Assembly (NCBI RefSeq): GCF_009914755.1
Contig: NC_060936.1
From: the human T2T-CHM13v2.0 reference genome, Homo sapiens
Length of the DNA stretch: 64,000 nt
Strand: one strand, 5' to 3'
The position numbers and the translations under genes were made by a program. Shown piece by piece: positions 14,172 to 28,735 of the stretch; position 1 is the stretch's first letter; each line of letters starts with the position of its first letter. The notes below the pieces were generated by a model. That model saw only the letters and a program-made list of their open reading frames with translations, was not told the DNA's origin and ran no database searches.

Positions 14172-14964
14172 ATGGCCTGTAATCCCAGCTGTTTGGGAGG
14201 CTGAGGCAGGAGGATCACTTGAGGCCAGGAGTTAAAGGCTGCAGTGTACTATGGTCAGACCACTGCACTCCAGCTTGGATGACAGAGACCTTGTCTTTAA
14301 AAGAAAAAGAAAAATGTATATTTCATATTTTAAAATAAATTTTTGGCTGGGCACAGTGGCTCATGCCTGTAATCCCAGTGCCTCAGAAGGCCGAGACAGG
14401 AAGATCTTTTGAAGCCTGGAATTCAAAACCAACCTAGGCAACATATTGAGACCTTGTATCAAAAAAATATTTTTTTTAATTAGCTGGTCATGGTGTGTTG
14501 TGCCTGTAGTCCCAACTACTCAAGAGACCAAGGTGGGAGGATCGCTTGAGCCCAAAAATTCAAGGCTGCACTGAGCTGTGATCACGTCATTGTGCTCCAG
14601 CCTGGGCAACAGCCTGAGCAACTCTGTCTCTAAAATATATACATGTATTACATATAAAGTAAATTCTTGGCTGGGCGCAGTGGCTCACGCCTGTAATCCC
14701 AGCACTTTGGGAGGCCAAGGCAGGCGAATCACGAGGTCAGGAGTCCGAGACCAGCCTGGCCAACATAGTGAAACCCCGTCTCTACTAAAAGTACAAAAAA
14801 TTAGCTGGACATGGTGGCAGGCACCCGTAATCCCAACTACTCAGGAGAATGAGGCAAGAGATTCACTTGAACCCAGGAGGCAGAGGTTGCAGTGAGCCGA
14901 GATCACGGCACTGCACTCCAGCCCAGGCAATAATGTGAGACTCTGTCTCAAAAAAAAAAAAAAA
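14172..14964 (+). mobile_element. Cluster of three tandem Alus: right-arm monomer (14172-14313), AluJ (14345-14633), AluS (14669-14964)
   Basis: Three Alu bodies in the same orientation. The youngest has TSD AAAGTAAATTCTT. Confidence 0.9.
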
Positions 14965-15499
14965 AGTAAATTCTTAAATTTACTTTAATGGCTTTAGAGC
15001 AAACACCGTCACTGCCTACTCAGACTTACATTGCCCAAAAACCTATTCCTTTCATGTTTATAATACTTCCTTGTTGGGATTGCCTTCTTAAGACTTTTTA
15101 AATTTGAAAAACCTATAAAGCCACTGTTTATTTGCTATTTATCAAACTTTAATTTGGGTTTTTTGTTTTGTTTTGTTTTGTTTTTTGCATTCTGATGTTT
15201 TTTTTTCTTTTTTGTTTTAATTTATTTGCTTGCATGATTATTTTAGCTATAATTTTAGCTATCATTTCCCTAATTCCAAAAGAATTTGTGGTAACTGGCA
15301 TTTAAAGGTTTTTTCCTAATCTTTTAACTTAGAAAGGCAATGGGTATCATAAAGCTAAGTAAGAAAGCTAAAGTTCTTATCTCTTTTCTTCTTCAAAGAG
15401 GGTAGCTTCTTTTAGATTGCAGCACAGAATTTTTTTTTTTTTTAACTTCAGGCAACTCTAAACATGTGTCAGTTTCTTTAATTAAGATTTGGCATCCCC

Positions 15500-16806
15500 A
15501 ACCATCTCATCTGACAAGAACAAGCAAGGGGGAACATATTCCCTATTTAACAAATGGTGCTGGGAGAATAGGCTAGCCATATGCAGAAAATTGAAACTGG
15601 ACCCTTCCTTAAACCTTATACAAAAATTAACTCAAGATGGATAAAAGACTTAAATGTGAAACCCAAAACTATAAAAACCCTAGAAGAAAATCCAGGCAAT
15701 GCCATTCAGAAGATAGGCATGGACAAAGATTTTATGACAAAAACACCAAAAGCAATTGCAACATAAGCAAAAATTGACAAATGGGATCTAATTAAAATAA
15801 AGAGCTTCTGCACAGCAAAAGAAACTATCATCAGAGTGAACAGACATCCTATAGAATGAGAGAAAATTTTTGCAATCTAGCCATCTGATAAAGGTCTGAT
15901 ATCCAGAGTCTACAAAGAAGTTAAACAAATTTACATTAAAAAAAAACTCAACCCCATTAAAAAGTAGGCAAAGGATATGAACAGACACTTCTCAAAAGAA
16001 GACATGCATGCAGCCAACAAACATGAAAAAAGCTCAACATTACTGGTCATTAGAGAAACGTAAATCAAAATAATAATCAGATACCATCTCATACCGGTCA
16101 GAATGGTGATTATTAAAAAGTCAAGAAAAAATGATGCTGGTGAGGTTGCAGAGAAAAAGGAATGCTTTTAGATGGTTAGTGGGAATGTAAATTAGTTCAA
16201 CCATTGTGGAAGACAGTGTAGCAATTCCTCAAAGATTTAGAAACAGAAATACCATTTGAACCAGCAATCCCATTATTGGGTGTATACCCAAAGGAATATA
16301 AATCGTTCTATTATAAAAACACATGCACACATATGTTCATTGTAGCACTATTCAAAATAACAAAGACATGGAATCAACCCACATGCCCATCAATGATAGA
16401 CTGGATAAAGAAAATGTGGTATAAATATACACCATGGAATACTATGCAGCCATAAAAAGGAATGAGATCATGTCCTTTGCAAGAACATGGATGGAACTGT
16501 AAGCTGTTATCCTCAGCAAACTAACACAGGAGCAGAAAACCAAACACCACATGTTCTCCCTCACAAGTGGAAGCTGAACGATGAGATCACATGGACACAT
16601 GGGGGGAACAATACGCACTGAGGCCTGTTGGGGAAGTGGGGTGAGGAAGAGCATCAGGAAGAATAGCAAATGGATGCTGGGCTTAATATCTAGGTGATGG
16701 GTTGATCTGTGCAGCAAATCAGCATAGCACACATTTACCTATGTAACAAACCTGTACATCCTGTGCGTGTACCCCAGAACTTAAAATAAAAATTGATGGA
16801 ATAAAA
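15500..16806 (+). mobile_element. 5'-truncated primate L1 (older L1PA), ORF2 C-terminus plus 3' UTR
   Basis: ORF fragment [33 protein letters not shown] (L1 ORF2). L1PA-type 3' end ...GTACCCCAGAACTTAAAATAAAA. TSD AAGATT(T/A)GGCATCCC. Confidence 0.93.
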
Positions 16807-16989
16807 AAGATTAGGCATCCCAAAACTTAATGATATATAACTTGTCCTATTTGAAAATTAGAAACATCATTTGCTAATTAGAATCATAGATCATGACTTA
16901 TATGCTGGTCATATTTATCGTTGCATTAGGAATCCTATCAACCACAAAAAAAGTATGCCCTGCACTCTGTCTTTTTTTTCCTAAAAAGA

Positions 16990-17620
16990 AAAATAAAGCC
17001 AATCACAAGAGGGAAAATCTAAATGACATTTCACAAAGTGTTCAATCTATGCTTCCATTAGGAAAGTGAAAGAACCCAAGAATGGGAAATATTTCTTGTC
17101 ACCCCAGGTGAATTTGAAGAAGTATTTTTCTGGTTGGCTTTTTCAGCAAGACTAACAACATTCTGTTCTATTGGCCTGTGGTCAGGGGTTTCCCCCAAGG
17201 TGCCTTCCATCTCTCGGCAAAGAGCAGTAACTTGGTGGGTTGTTTTCTTCTTAGTCACCTGATAGGATTTCCCAGGACAGAGGTGTCAAGCCAATTCTGA
17301 CCTAACTTCCCATGTCCTTCCTGTGGGTCACCCTGAGAAAAAAGGAAATCGCTCTTCTCCCCCACCTGGTGCTGATGTCATTCCTCTCTTCAGCCCAGCG
17401 TCTCAATGCACTCAGGGACGCTTCTGCCTCTGCAAAGAGCAAAGGCTTCAAGTGATGGCCTTGCATGGTAGCATTCTCTATCACAGAGTCAGGAAGCTCT
17501 TAGACTTCCTTTTATTTGAAGAACTGCAAGGAAACCACCTGCAGAGCTCCCAAGACCTCAAGAGTTTGTTTTGCACCTTCGCTCTTCTGAGGTAATCACA
17601 CCTGCTGCCACAGCTTCAAT
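16990..17620. promoter_or_regulatory. Distal IFNG enhancer about -16 kb (human CNS-16, orthologue of mouse CNS-22)
   Basis: Non-repeat DNA with Blimp1/IRF GAAAGTGAAAG 17062, RUNX TGTGGT 17177, kB GGGGTTTCCC 17185, T-box AGGTGTCA 17281 and TCACACCT 17596. Distance fits the recalled CNS. Confidence 0.7.
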
Positions 17621-18349
17621 AGCTGAAGCCAAGGAGTAAAAATTGCACCAACATCTATAAATCCATATGAAGCTGAGTGGTCTGAATAACCTTACCAGAT
17701 GTTTTTCTCATAGAAGAAAAAAAGTCCAAGTTATCCTCATGTGCTTTTCTTCCTCACTAGGTTTTAAGGTCCTAGAGAGTATACACTGCCTCTTAGTCTT
17801 CTTCATCTATCTCAAAGTGCCTGGCTGAGTGCTTTACATGAAGTATCCAATAATTCTTGACCATCAGACCTGGGGGGTGGAACCAGCAGGGCCATTTAGC
17901 CAGGGCTGCAAGCCCAAACAGATCTCTATTCTTCAGCTGCAAGTTAGTGCCCAAGCCACATAGGGAATAGGATGATACCTCATTACACATGCTGATGTTA
18001 GCTTTAAACTATGCCTGCCCTCTGTTTTCCTAAAAGCTGTGTTACTGCCAATCTCAAAAGCTGCTGTTCATAGTCATTCACTGTTGGACATTAATGACAA
18101 ATCACTTTCATGAACTGACATCCATTTAAAGGGATTTTTTAAAAATGTGTTTATCTCATAACTGCTCCTGTTTATATGAGGATCCTGTCTTCTTTGAGAT
18201 TATAATGACAACAAATGTTATTCGTTTTCTGCACTATTCATATAAACAACGTAACTGGGCATAATACTTTCATGATATCATGTCATTACTAATAAATCAC
18301 CTTTTTAAAACATCTCTATGATAGTATCATGGTTAACAAACAGCACAGA

Positions 18350-18540
18350 CAAAGGAGCAAGACTGAGTTTGAGTCCAGGCTCCATCTTTTACCAGCTGTG
18401 TAAACTGTGTGAATCTAGGCAAGCTCCTTAAAGTCTCTGGACTCTACTTCACAGGTTTTTTGTGGGATTCAAATGAGTTATATGTGCAGCTCTTGGAATA
18501 ATACTTGGCATATAGCAAGCACAATGTGTGCTCATCATTT
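18350..18540 (+). mobile_element. MIR SINE
   Basis: GACTGAGTTTGAGTCCAGGCTCC...CTAGGCAAGCTCCTTAAAGTCTCTG...TGGCATATAGCAAGCAC. Confidence 0.65.
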
Positions 18541-18654
18541 TTATTTCCATTTTATGGGTTTTTTTCCCTTGTAACCTGATTTAGAAGTTGTATTTGTACA
18601 TTTCTTCATGTTTAACGTATTTGTTCAGGTTAAATTGAAATATTTTACATATAG

Positions 18655-19100
18655 AAACTGAGGTTGGGTTACCTCAGAAACAGAGCTTGAGACAAGGATT
18701 TTTTTTTTTTTTTTTTTTTTTTGGTGGTGATTCTAGGAAGCACCAGTAGAAAAGAGGCAAAGAGATTCAGGGAAGGGAAGGAAGTCAGTTCAGGGTGGTT
18801 CCCAAAGGGAGCTACTGTAGTCAACTGAGACTCAGCCCACTATAGACCTCTGGATGATGGTGTAGCCCATACCCCAAAGTTATCCTGCCCAAGGGACAAA
18901 GAAGTTGGGGTATCTATCCTGCGACTATCTTTAGCACTGTCTGAGCACTGCTCCCAGGGCATTAAACCCCTAGCTCTTCCAGTCTTCCTCATGTGAAAAT
19001 AGAAAGAAGCCCTTAGGCCAAGAATAGTGAACTGTTACAGTCACAGGCAGAGGGTAAGAAGAGAGAGGGAGGCTGCTGAGAAGATGTTGGCAAGGCAGGT
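18655..19100. mobile_element. Old ERVL-type LTR (LTR33/LTR16-like)
   Basis: GTTGGGTTACCTCAGAAACAGAGCTTGAGACAAGGATTT...GGTGATTCTAGGAAGCACCAGTAG...CAGGGAAGGGAAGGAAG resembles the recalled consensus. Confidence 0.5.
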
Positions 19101-19459
19101 AGTATTTGCTATGAGAAGTTATTAATTATTCCCTCATATTTTTTTTCAGTTTTTATTACATCCTTTATTTTTCGGCATTAGTGTCAGTATACCAACAAGT
19201 TGCATTTGCCAGGACTTTTGTGGTGACAAGTGACGAAAATTCCAGTCACACTATTTTGATCAAAGAAAGGATCTCAGAGACAGGTACTCAAGTGTTGACA
19301 GGATTTGTCTCTCTAGCTGTCACTTCTGCTTCTCTTTGTGAGACAATGTCAATCCTGCCTCCCACAGAGCAGCATTCACCAGCTGGAAGGTAAGTTAGCC
19401 ATTAAGGCATTTAATTGAAACACTGCACTAATTCATCAAATACTTGCTGAGCTACATAT

Positions 19460-20320
19460 TTATATCATCAGGGAAATGCAAATTAAAACAACAAGATACC
19501 CACACACCAATTATGAAATGGCAAAAATCTGGAACACTGACAACTCCAAATGCTGGCTGAGACGTGGAGCATCAGGAACTCTGACTGAAGGTACAGCCAC
19601 TTTGGAAGACAGTTTTGCAGTTTCTTATAAAACTAACCTTACTCTCACTATACCAGCCACCAATCACAACATTCCTTTGTATTTACCCAAAGGAGTTGAA
19701 GTCTTATGTCCACACAAAAATCTGCACACAGATGTTTATAGTAGTTTTATTCATAGTTACAAAAACTTGGAAGTAACCATGATATCCTTCAGCAGATGAA
19801 TGGTTTCATAACTGTGGTGTATCCATACAGTGGAATGTTATTCAGCCTAAAAAGAAGTGAGCTGTCAAGCAATAAAAAGACATGGAGGAACCTTCAATAC
19901 ATATCACTAAGTGAGAGAAACCAGTCTGAAGAGACTACACACTGCATGATTCAACCATATGACAGTCTGAAAAAGAAAGATCAGTGATTGCCAGAGGTTG
20001 GCAAGAGGAATGAAAAGGTGAACACAGAGCATTCTTAGGACATGCAAACACTGTGTGGGACTCAGAATGAGAGATACACATTCTGCCTTTGTTCAAACCC
20101 ATAGAAGTTTCAACACTGAGAGTGCAAACCATGGACTTTGGATGATGATGATGCCATTGTAGGTTCATCAGTGGTAACGAGCGTACCTCTCTCATGGGAG
20201 ATGTTGATTATGGGGAGAGGCTGTATATGTGTAGGGGACAGAGGGCATACGGAAAATCTCTGTACCCTCATTTTAATTTTGCTGTGAACCTAAAAGTGCT
20301 CAAAAAAAATAAAGCCTATT
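19460..20320 (+). mobile_element. L1MC/L1MD 3' fragment
   Basis: AGGGAAATGCAAATTAAAACAACA...CCACTTTGGAAGACAGTTT...TGCTGTGAACCTAAAAGTGCTC. Confidence 0.8.
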
Positions 20321-20329
20321 AAAAAATAC

Positions 20330-20960
20330 TTGTTGATGTGCAAGACATTCTTCTAGGCACTGAAGAAACAGCAAGAACTAACAAAAAAGGGACAAAACTC
20401 CTGTCCCCATGGGCCTTACATTGTAGTGGAGAAGATTAACATAAACAAACATGTAATTGTGTAATACAATGTCAGGTTGTGATTATGATTTGAAAAAGGA
20501 AAGCAGGAGAATGGAATAGTGCTATTTTAGATAGGGGGGTTGGGGAAGGCTTTTCTGAGGAAAGAATATTTGAGCAGAGACCTGACTGAAGGTGGTGAGG
20601 GAGTCATGGACACGACTGGGAACCATGTCCCAGGCAGAGAAGAGCCAAATGGAAAAAGCCAAGACAGACGCCCCTTCAGCGAGGGCTGAGTCATAGCAGG
20701 GGTCATGTGTCTGGACCTGAGGAGCAGGAAGTGGGGTTGGAAAGATAACCAGGGGCCAGATCATGCCCCCAGAAAGCATTTTGGGTTTTATTCTAGAGGA
20801 AATGGGGTACTCTCTACTGGGTTTTGAACAAGAGAGTGACATGATCTGAGATATATTTTAATGGGATCACTGTGGTCAGCAAATGGAAATTTGGCTCTAA
20901 TGGGACAAGGGCAGAAACTGAGAGGCCAATTTAGGAGGCTTCTGTACTCATCCAGGAAAA
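20330..20960 (-). mobile_element. L2 LINE remnant
   Basis: TTCTAGGCACTGAAGAAACAGC...CCTGTCCCCATGGGCCTTACATTGTAGTGG...TTTGAGCAGAGACCTGA is the reverse of the L2 3' end. Confidence 0.7.
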
Positions 20961-21680
20961 TCCAACTGTGGGGCTCCAACAGTTCAGATGAATTCCCACC
21001 CAAAGAGTCAGAAAAAATATGGCAACACGCCCCCTCACAAATCATGTGTACCATATAAGCCAGCTTCTATAGAGGAAGGAAAGGTACTGGATGGACAAAT
21101 AACAGGGCCCATCACATAGTTGTAATTTACAAATTACCTCACAAAAAGTGGTTATTTAAAATTTAGACACACTCCATCAGGATCATATGTCATCATTCAT
21201 GTACAAATGAAGCATGTCATTAGAGCTTTGAAATTTCTGTTTTTAAAGATAGGAATGTAACTTTGTCCTAAAATAAAAATAAAATGAAAATATTGCTTTG
21301 ATGAAAGCTTTATTATCATTTAAATGCACCTGCTAAAATTTAATATAACCCAGTAAATAAAAATGTATAGCAATTCTCAGAGTCAAACAAACAAAAACTG
21401 AGCTTATTATTAGTCATACTGAAAAAGAAGCTCAAAATTAGAGTTTTTTCATTGATACCCAACTAACATGCCAAAACTCAAAGAGTTGAAAAGCACTCCT
21501 GAAGGTAAATATACCCTTCTATAACCGTTATCAAATAAGACATAATTGTCTATATATTTGTCCATCTTATCCTTCCAACTTCATTTCACACTCCAGTTTT
21601 ATTTGTTTGTCGAACACTAATTGTCTTTTTTTTCTCATCAGCCCTAACATATTGTAAAGATCCATTTGTAACTACTTTAA

Positions 21681-22081
<401 letters not shown>

Positions 22082-22499
22082 TTACTACTTCTGTATGCTG
22101 ACAGCCTGTCCATCTCTACCTCTAGGACAGACCTCTCTCCAGAACCTCTGATCCACCCAGCCCACTGCGGTGTAGACGGCCTAGAGCAGGTGTTATCTTG
22201 CTTAAGACTCCTTTGTTTAGAAGAATTACAAATCAGCTTAAGCTATCTTAAGAAAAAAAAATATTTAAGAACCCAGGTTTTGCTCAGAGAATCCAGAGCA
22301 GGAAGTTCAGCCATGGTTCAAGACCTTTCCCTATCTCTCTCTGGTTGTGTGCTACATAGTTGATCATCTCCACTTTCTGTGCACATTTGCCTCATTCTTT
22401 CTCCTCCTGCATCTTCCTCTGCTTCTCCTCTCACAGCTCTGGAGTTTTTACTTGTCCTATGGTTTCAACTATCTGAATCATAAATTAGAATTTCCAGTA

Positions 22500-22957
22500 G
22501 GAGCTGATTGATTTATCTCAGCCTTAAAGAACCCACAAGCCATTTTAAGATCTTCCCTGTGATGTGTGAAACCAGAAACTACATTTCCCAGAATCTTCTT
22601 CCTTGTATATTTCCTGGTTAGAGTTAGGCAATTGCAAGAGATTTAGAAAGTGAGATCATTATTCTCTAGAGGCGGGAGCATGAACAGATGTGAGGTTCAA
22701 AACAGCTTCCTGGCAAGCTTTTGATAATTTTCCACCTCAGTGCTACAGACTGACAGGGTGCATAGGAGCCCTGCACACAGCTCAGTGCTGTAGACTGACA
22801 CTGTTGGTGGTGGCTTGCCTGACCACAGCTCCCTACAATGGTTGAATCAAGCTCTTGAGCTCTAAATCCCTACATTAAAACCTCACGCAACCTTGCAAGT
22901 GGAATAAAATACCTAAAGCAGCTTCTGTTTTCCTGGTCAAACCTTGACTGTTACACC
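22500..22957 (+). mobile_element. LTR16/LTR33-like ERVL LTR remnant
   Basis: CCAGAAACTACATTTCCCAGA...GGTTAGAGTTAGGCAAT... with a 3' end like TTCTGTTTTCCTG...CTTGACTGTTACA. Confidence 0.5.
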
Positions 22958-23531
22958 TGAAAAAGCCAACAAACAAGGCTGCCAGGTGTGAGGTGGCTCT
23001 CAAAGCAGCTGTCTTAGTCACCCTAAACATAATCTAGCCACCCTAAGCATCCTCCTCTTGTGTTTTCTCTCCATGGTGGTGACATCAACTCTATCCAGTA
23101 CCCTGAGAGGAAACCTCTCCCACATCAGCTCAGTCTCCTCAGTTCTGCCAATTTTATCTCCTAATCTGTCTAATATTTTTAGCTTTCTGTCCGTCCTTGG
23201 AAACAGCCTTATTATCTTTCCTGAACCCTGATAGCTGCCTAACTAGCTCTTGATCTCTGCTTATAGCCCCCTGAGCATCATTTTTTCAGGGATTCTTTCC
23301 AAAAGGAAAATCTGATTAGGGAAGGCCTTCCCTCAAATAAGAGTCACTCATATCTGAAAGTTATTTAACTTGTTGCAGGAGACCATCCCTGTGCTTCTGC
23401 CTACCCACCCATCCTCATGTCAGCATTCTCTGACTCCCATTTTAAACTCCAGCATTGCCATCTGGATTTCAGCACCAAGCTCTTGCTGAACCCACTGTCA
23501 GCTGATGGACCTGATAACTTCTACTTTTTAA

Positions 23532-23869
<338 letters not shown>

Positions 23870-24127
23870 TCAGGAAGCTTTTGATGATTCACTCAGGTTG
23901 AATGCAGTTCTCATCCCCTGTGTTCCCTTAATATATTATATATAGCTCTGTCACTGTACTGATCATATTATCTTATAATTTTGTTTATATGCTTTAAGCT
24001 AGGAAGTTTTCCAGGACAAGAAATTTTGTTTTACTCATCTTTGTAATCCCAACATTTAGCACAGAGCCTAGCACATAACAGATGCAATTTATTATAAATG
24101 ATTAATGAAAAAAAATATGAGATTTTT

Positions 24128-25552
<1,425 letters not shown>

Positions 25553-26212
25553 ACATATAATATGATTTTACCAGTGCTATCAACATGCCTTCCATAAACC
25601 TCTGGCCCCTCCAATTTCTAGTCCCTGCCCTCTCGGGATCCCGCCCACTGGTAAATCTCTAGCCCATTCACTCACTCTTGGCTGTTGCTTCTCCTTACAC
25701 TTTTCACCCACCTTTGAAGCACGCCATTTCCTCCTGTTTCTTTTGGCTGAGTTAGTCCACTTGTGGTGCATTCCATGCCCTGGATGTTTCCCCATCTGGT
25801 ATCTTCCTTTCTCTCAAAGGAAACTCTTTTGGGGTCATCAGTAAAAGGATCAAAGCACACAGAACCCAAGCGGCTTATTCATTTTGGGGTGTGGACTTAT
25901 CACAGATGATAAACCTACATGGTCCAGTCTAGATGAATGGGAATAATACATCTTTATTTTTGACCATCTCGCTTGCTTATACCATAAGTAATTTCCTGAA
26001 GGTCTTAATTTTCTGGAAGCCATGCTGGAGGCAGGAGTGATTTAGAAAGATGATCTTTATTATACTTGGCTTAAAGCAAAAGGATTTAAAACATGACCTT
26101 TATGTTATTTTTCCAAACTAATAATGGAAGTGGTATTAGGGTAATATATTTATAGGTGAGATTCCAGGGCTGATTTAGTAAATATTAATTTCTAATACTT
26201 TGTCATTCCCAC

Positions 26213-26575
26213 TGCATTATTCTCCTATAGCTGTCACAACAAATCACCATAAACCGGGCAGCTTAAAACAACAGAAATTTGTTCTCTCTCAGTTCTGGAG
26301 GCTAGAAGCCTGAAACCAAGGTGTCGGTAGCACCATGCTCCCATGCTTCCTTCTAGGGAAGAATGCTTCCTTACCAGTTCTGGCTTCTGCCTATTCTTGG
26401 CACTCCTTGGCTTGTGGCAGCACAACTCCACTCTCTGCTTCCATCTTCACATGCCCAACTTCCTTCCATTTATGTGTATCTGTGCCAAATTTCCCTCTTC
26501 TTATAAGGACATCTGTCATTGGATTAGGGTTTACCCTAATGAATTTGGGGAGGACCCTATTCAATCCACTACAAC
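26213..26575 (-). mobile_element. MLT1B/C-like MaLR LTR
   Basis: GCTTAAAACAACAGAAATTTGTTCTCTCTCAGTTCTGGAGGCTAGAAG...CTTATAAGGACATCTGTCATTGGATTAGGG. Confidence 0.8.
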
Positions 26576-27031
26576 CACCCTTTATGTACACGTAGCTGGT
26601 TTCTCTGTCAATTATATTTTAGAGTGAGGACGTTGCTTCTCCTCTAACAAGATATTATAATAACAATTATTGTCAAATTATTTAATGAATGCTTACTATA
26701 TGACAGTTACATGCATTAACTCATTTAACCCTCTGACAATTCTATGAAATAGGTGCTATTTTTATTTCTATTTTGCAGATGAGCAGCCAGAGAGAGTTTA
26801 CATAGGGCAAATATCACCATTACCTAGCAAGAACAAAATAAGAGGAATAAGCAGTCCCCTTGTATTTTGGTTACTTAAAAGGGATGGATCTCAAGACAAA
26901 GGAAAATGGTTGGGTGCACGAGGGGCCAGATGCTGGAACCAGTTCTGAAGAAGTGTTCCTGGGGCCAAGAGGATCTGAGAGGTGGCCAGGTGTGAAGACT
27001 GAACAAGCTGAGCGTTAAGAACAGCAAAGTT

Positions 27032-27160
27032 GGCCAGGCATGGTGGTGCATACCTGTAGTCTCAGCTCCCTGGGAGGCTGAGGTGGGAGGAATATGAAGG
27101 CCCAGGAGTTCAAATCCAGCCTGGGCAACACAATGAGACCCTGTCTTAAAAAAAAAAAAA
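27032..27160 (+). mobile_element. FLAM-type Alu monomer
   Basis: Single about 120-bp monomer GGCCAGGCATGGTGG...GAGACCCTGTCTT followed by an A tail. Confidence 0.85.
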
Positions 27161-28442
27161 CTCAGCAAGCTGGGAAATAAACTTGGGGCACACTGGGCAC
27201 TTCGTCATGAGGAAACCAAAATCTCCTGCCTTGGCAAGCTTCAGGAGCCATATAAGGACTGAGCCAGCCTCACCCATTACACTGTGTAGGGACACTCTTC
27301 AGCAACGACATCATGTGGCAGAAGAAAACATGGCCATAGGGGATTCCTTCATTGTGCAATTACCTATAAGAAGAAGAAAAGGAAGAAAAGAGGAAGAAGA
27401 ACGAGGAGGAGGAGGAGGTCTAAAAAGGAAATGCTTAAATTCTTGCTGAAAGGTGAGTGAATTTTGGAGTTCAATGTAACAACCAATAAATAACATCTCT
27501 CTTCTCTTCTTGGTTCTGTGCCCATTGAAAAATACGACAAAGAGTGAAACAAATGGAAAAGCAAAGTATTATCCTCTTTCTGATAAAGCAAATAACAGAG
27601 AATGTAGCTCTAATTTGTGGGCAAATGGGGGTCTTAAAACTGAACCTCAGAATTTAATATTTAACCGACTTCTGGTGCTGGACAGGATGGACACCCTCTC
27701 CAAGACCCTGGGGGAGCAGGACAAAGCCAGTGCTCCCCAGAGGTGGTCACTCCCAGGAGGAAAAGCAGAGAGATGTGGAAGGGGCTGGGTACATGTGCCC
27801 TGTTTGTCCTCCCAAACACAGCAGGCAGAAGAGTCACTCCACCCAGGGCAAAGTGAAGGAGAGGGTGGAGGGAGATCGGGAATGCTGTGCTCATAGATCT
27901 CTCTTGACAAGAATGGGGAGAAAAGTTCCACACCAAAGGAGGGCAAAGCCAGAGAAATAGGGAAGAGGTCTCGGGATCTGCACAGTGAGTTTGTGGAGCG
28001 TAAACTCCACGTCAGTTTATGTGGCTACACATAAAGATAACTCCAATAAACCACCTTCAGGGAGCCTGCTCGAAGTACTTGGCATGCTGGCTCCTTACAC
28101 GGTTTCACTTAACATAATGTTGTTACATAAGTACATCTACCTATCTTTTTTTTCTTTTCTTTTTGTTTGATTCATGCCCTTTTTTTTCTTTTCTTTTTGT
28201 TTGATTCATGCCTTTTTTTTTTTTTTTTTTTTTTTTCTTGAGTGAATCCTAAGTCAGGAGGCAGTAGGGGTTAGCAATTTAAAGCCCAGACAAAAAACTC
28301 TGGTTCAAATCCTAGCTCCATCTTCACTAATTGTGTGACAATGGGCAAGTTACTTAGCTTTTTAGGATCTTACTTTCCTCAATTAAAAGTAGGGAAGAAA
28401 ATAGCACCTATCCCATAGAGTTGCTGTGAAGAATAAGTGTTG

Positions 28443-28735
<293 letters not shown>

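Noticed and set aside
27510-27960. Four overlapping ORFs (76-128 aa) in a GC-richer patch
   Set aside because: Stop-poor composition gives ORFs on both strands. No recognisable protein; probably an old LTR-like remnant.
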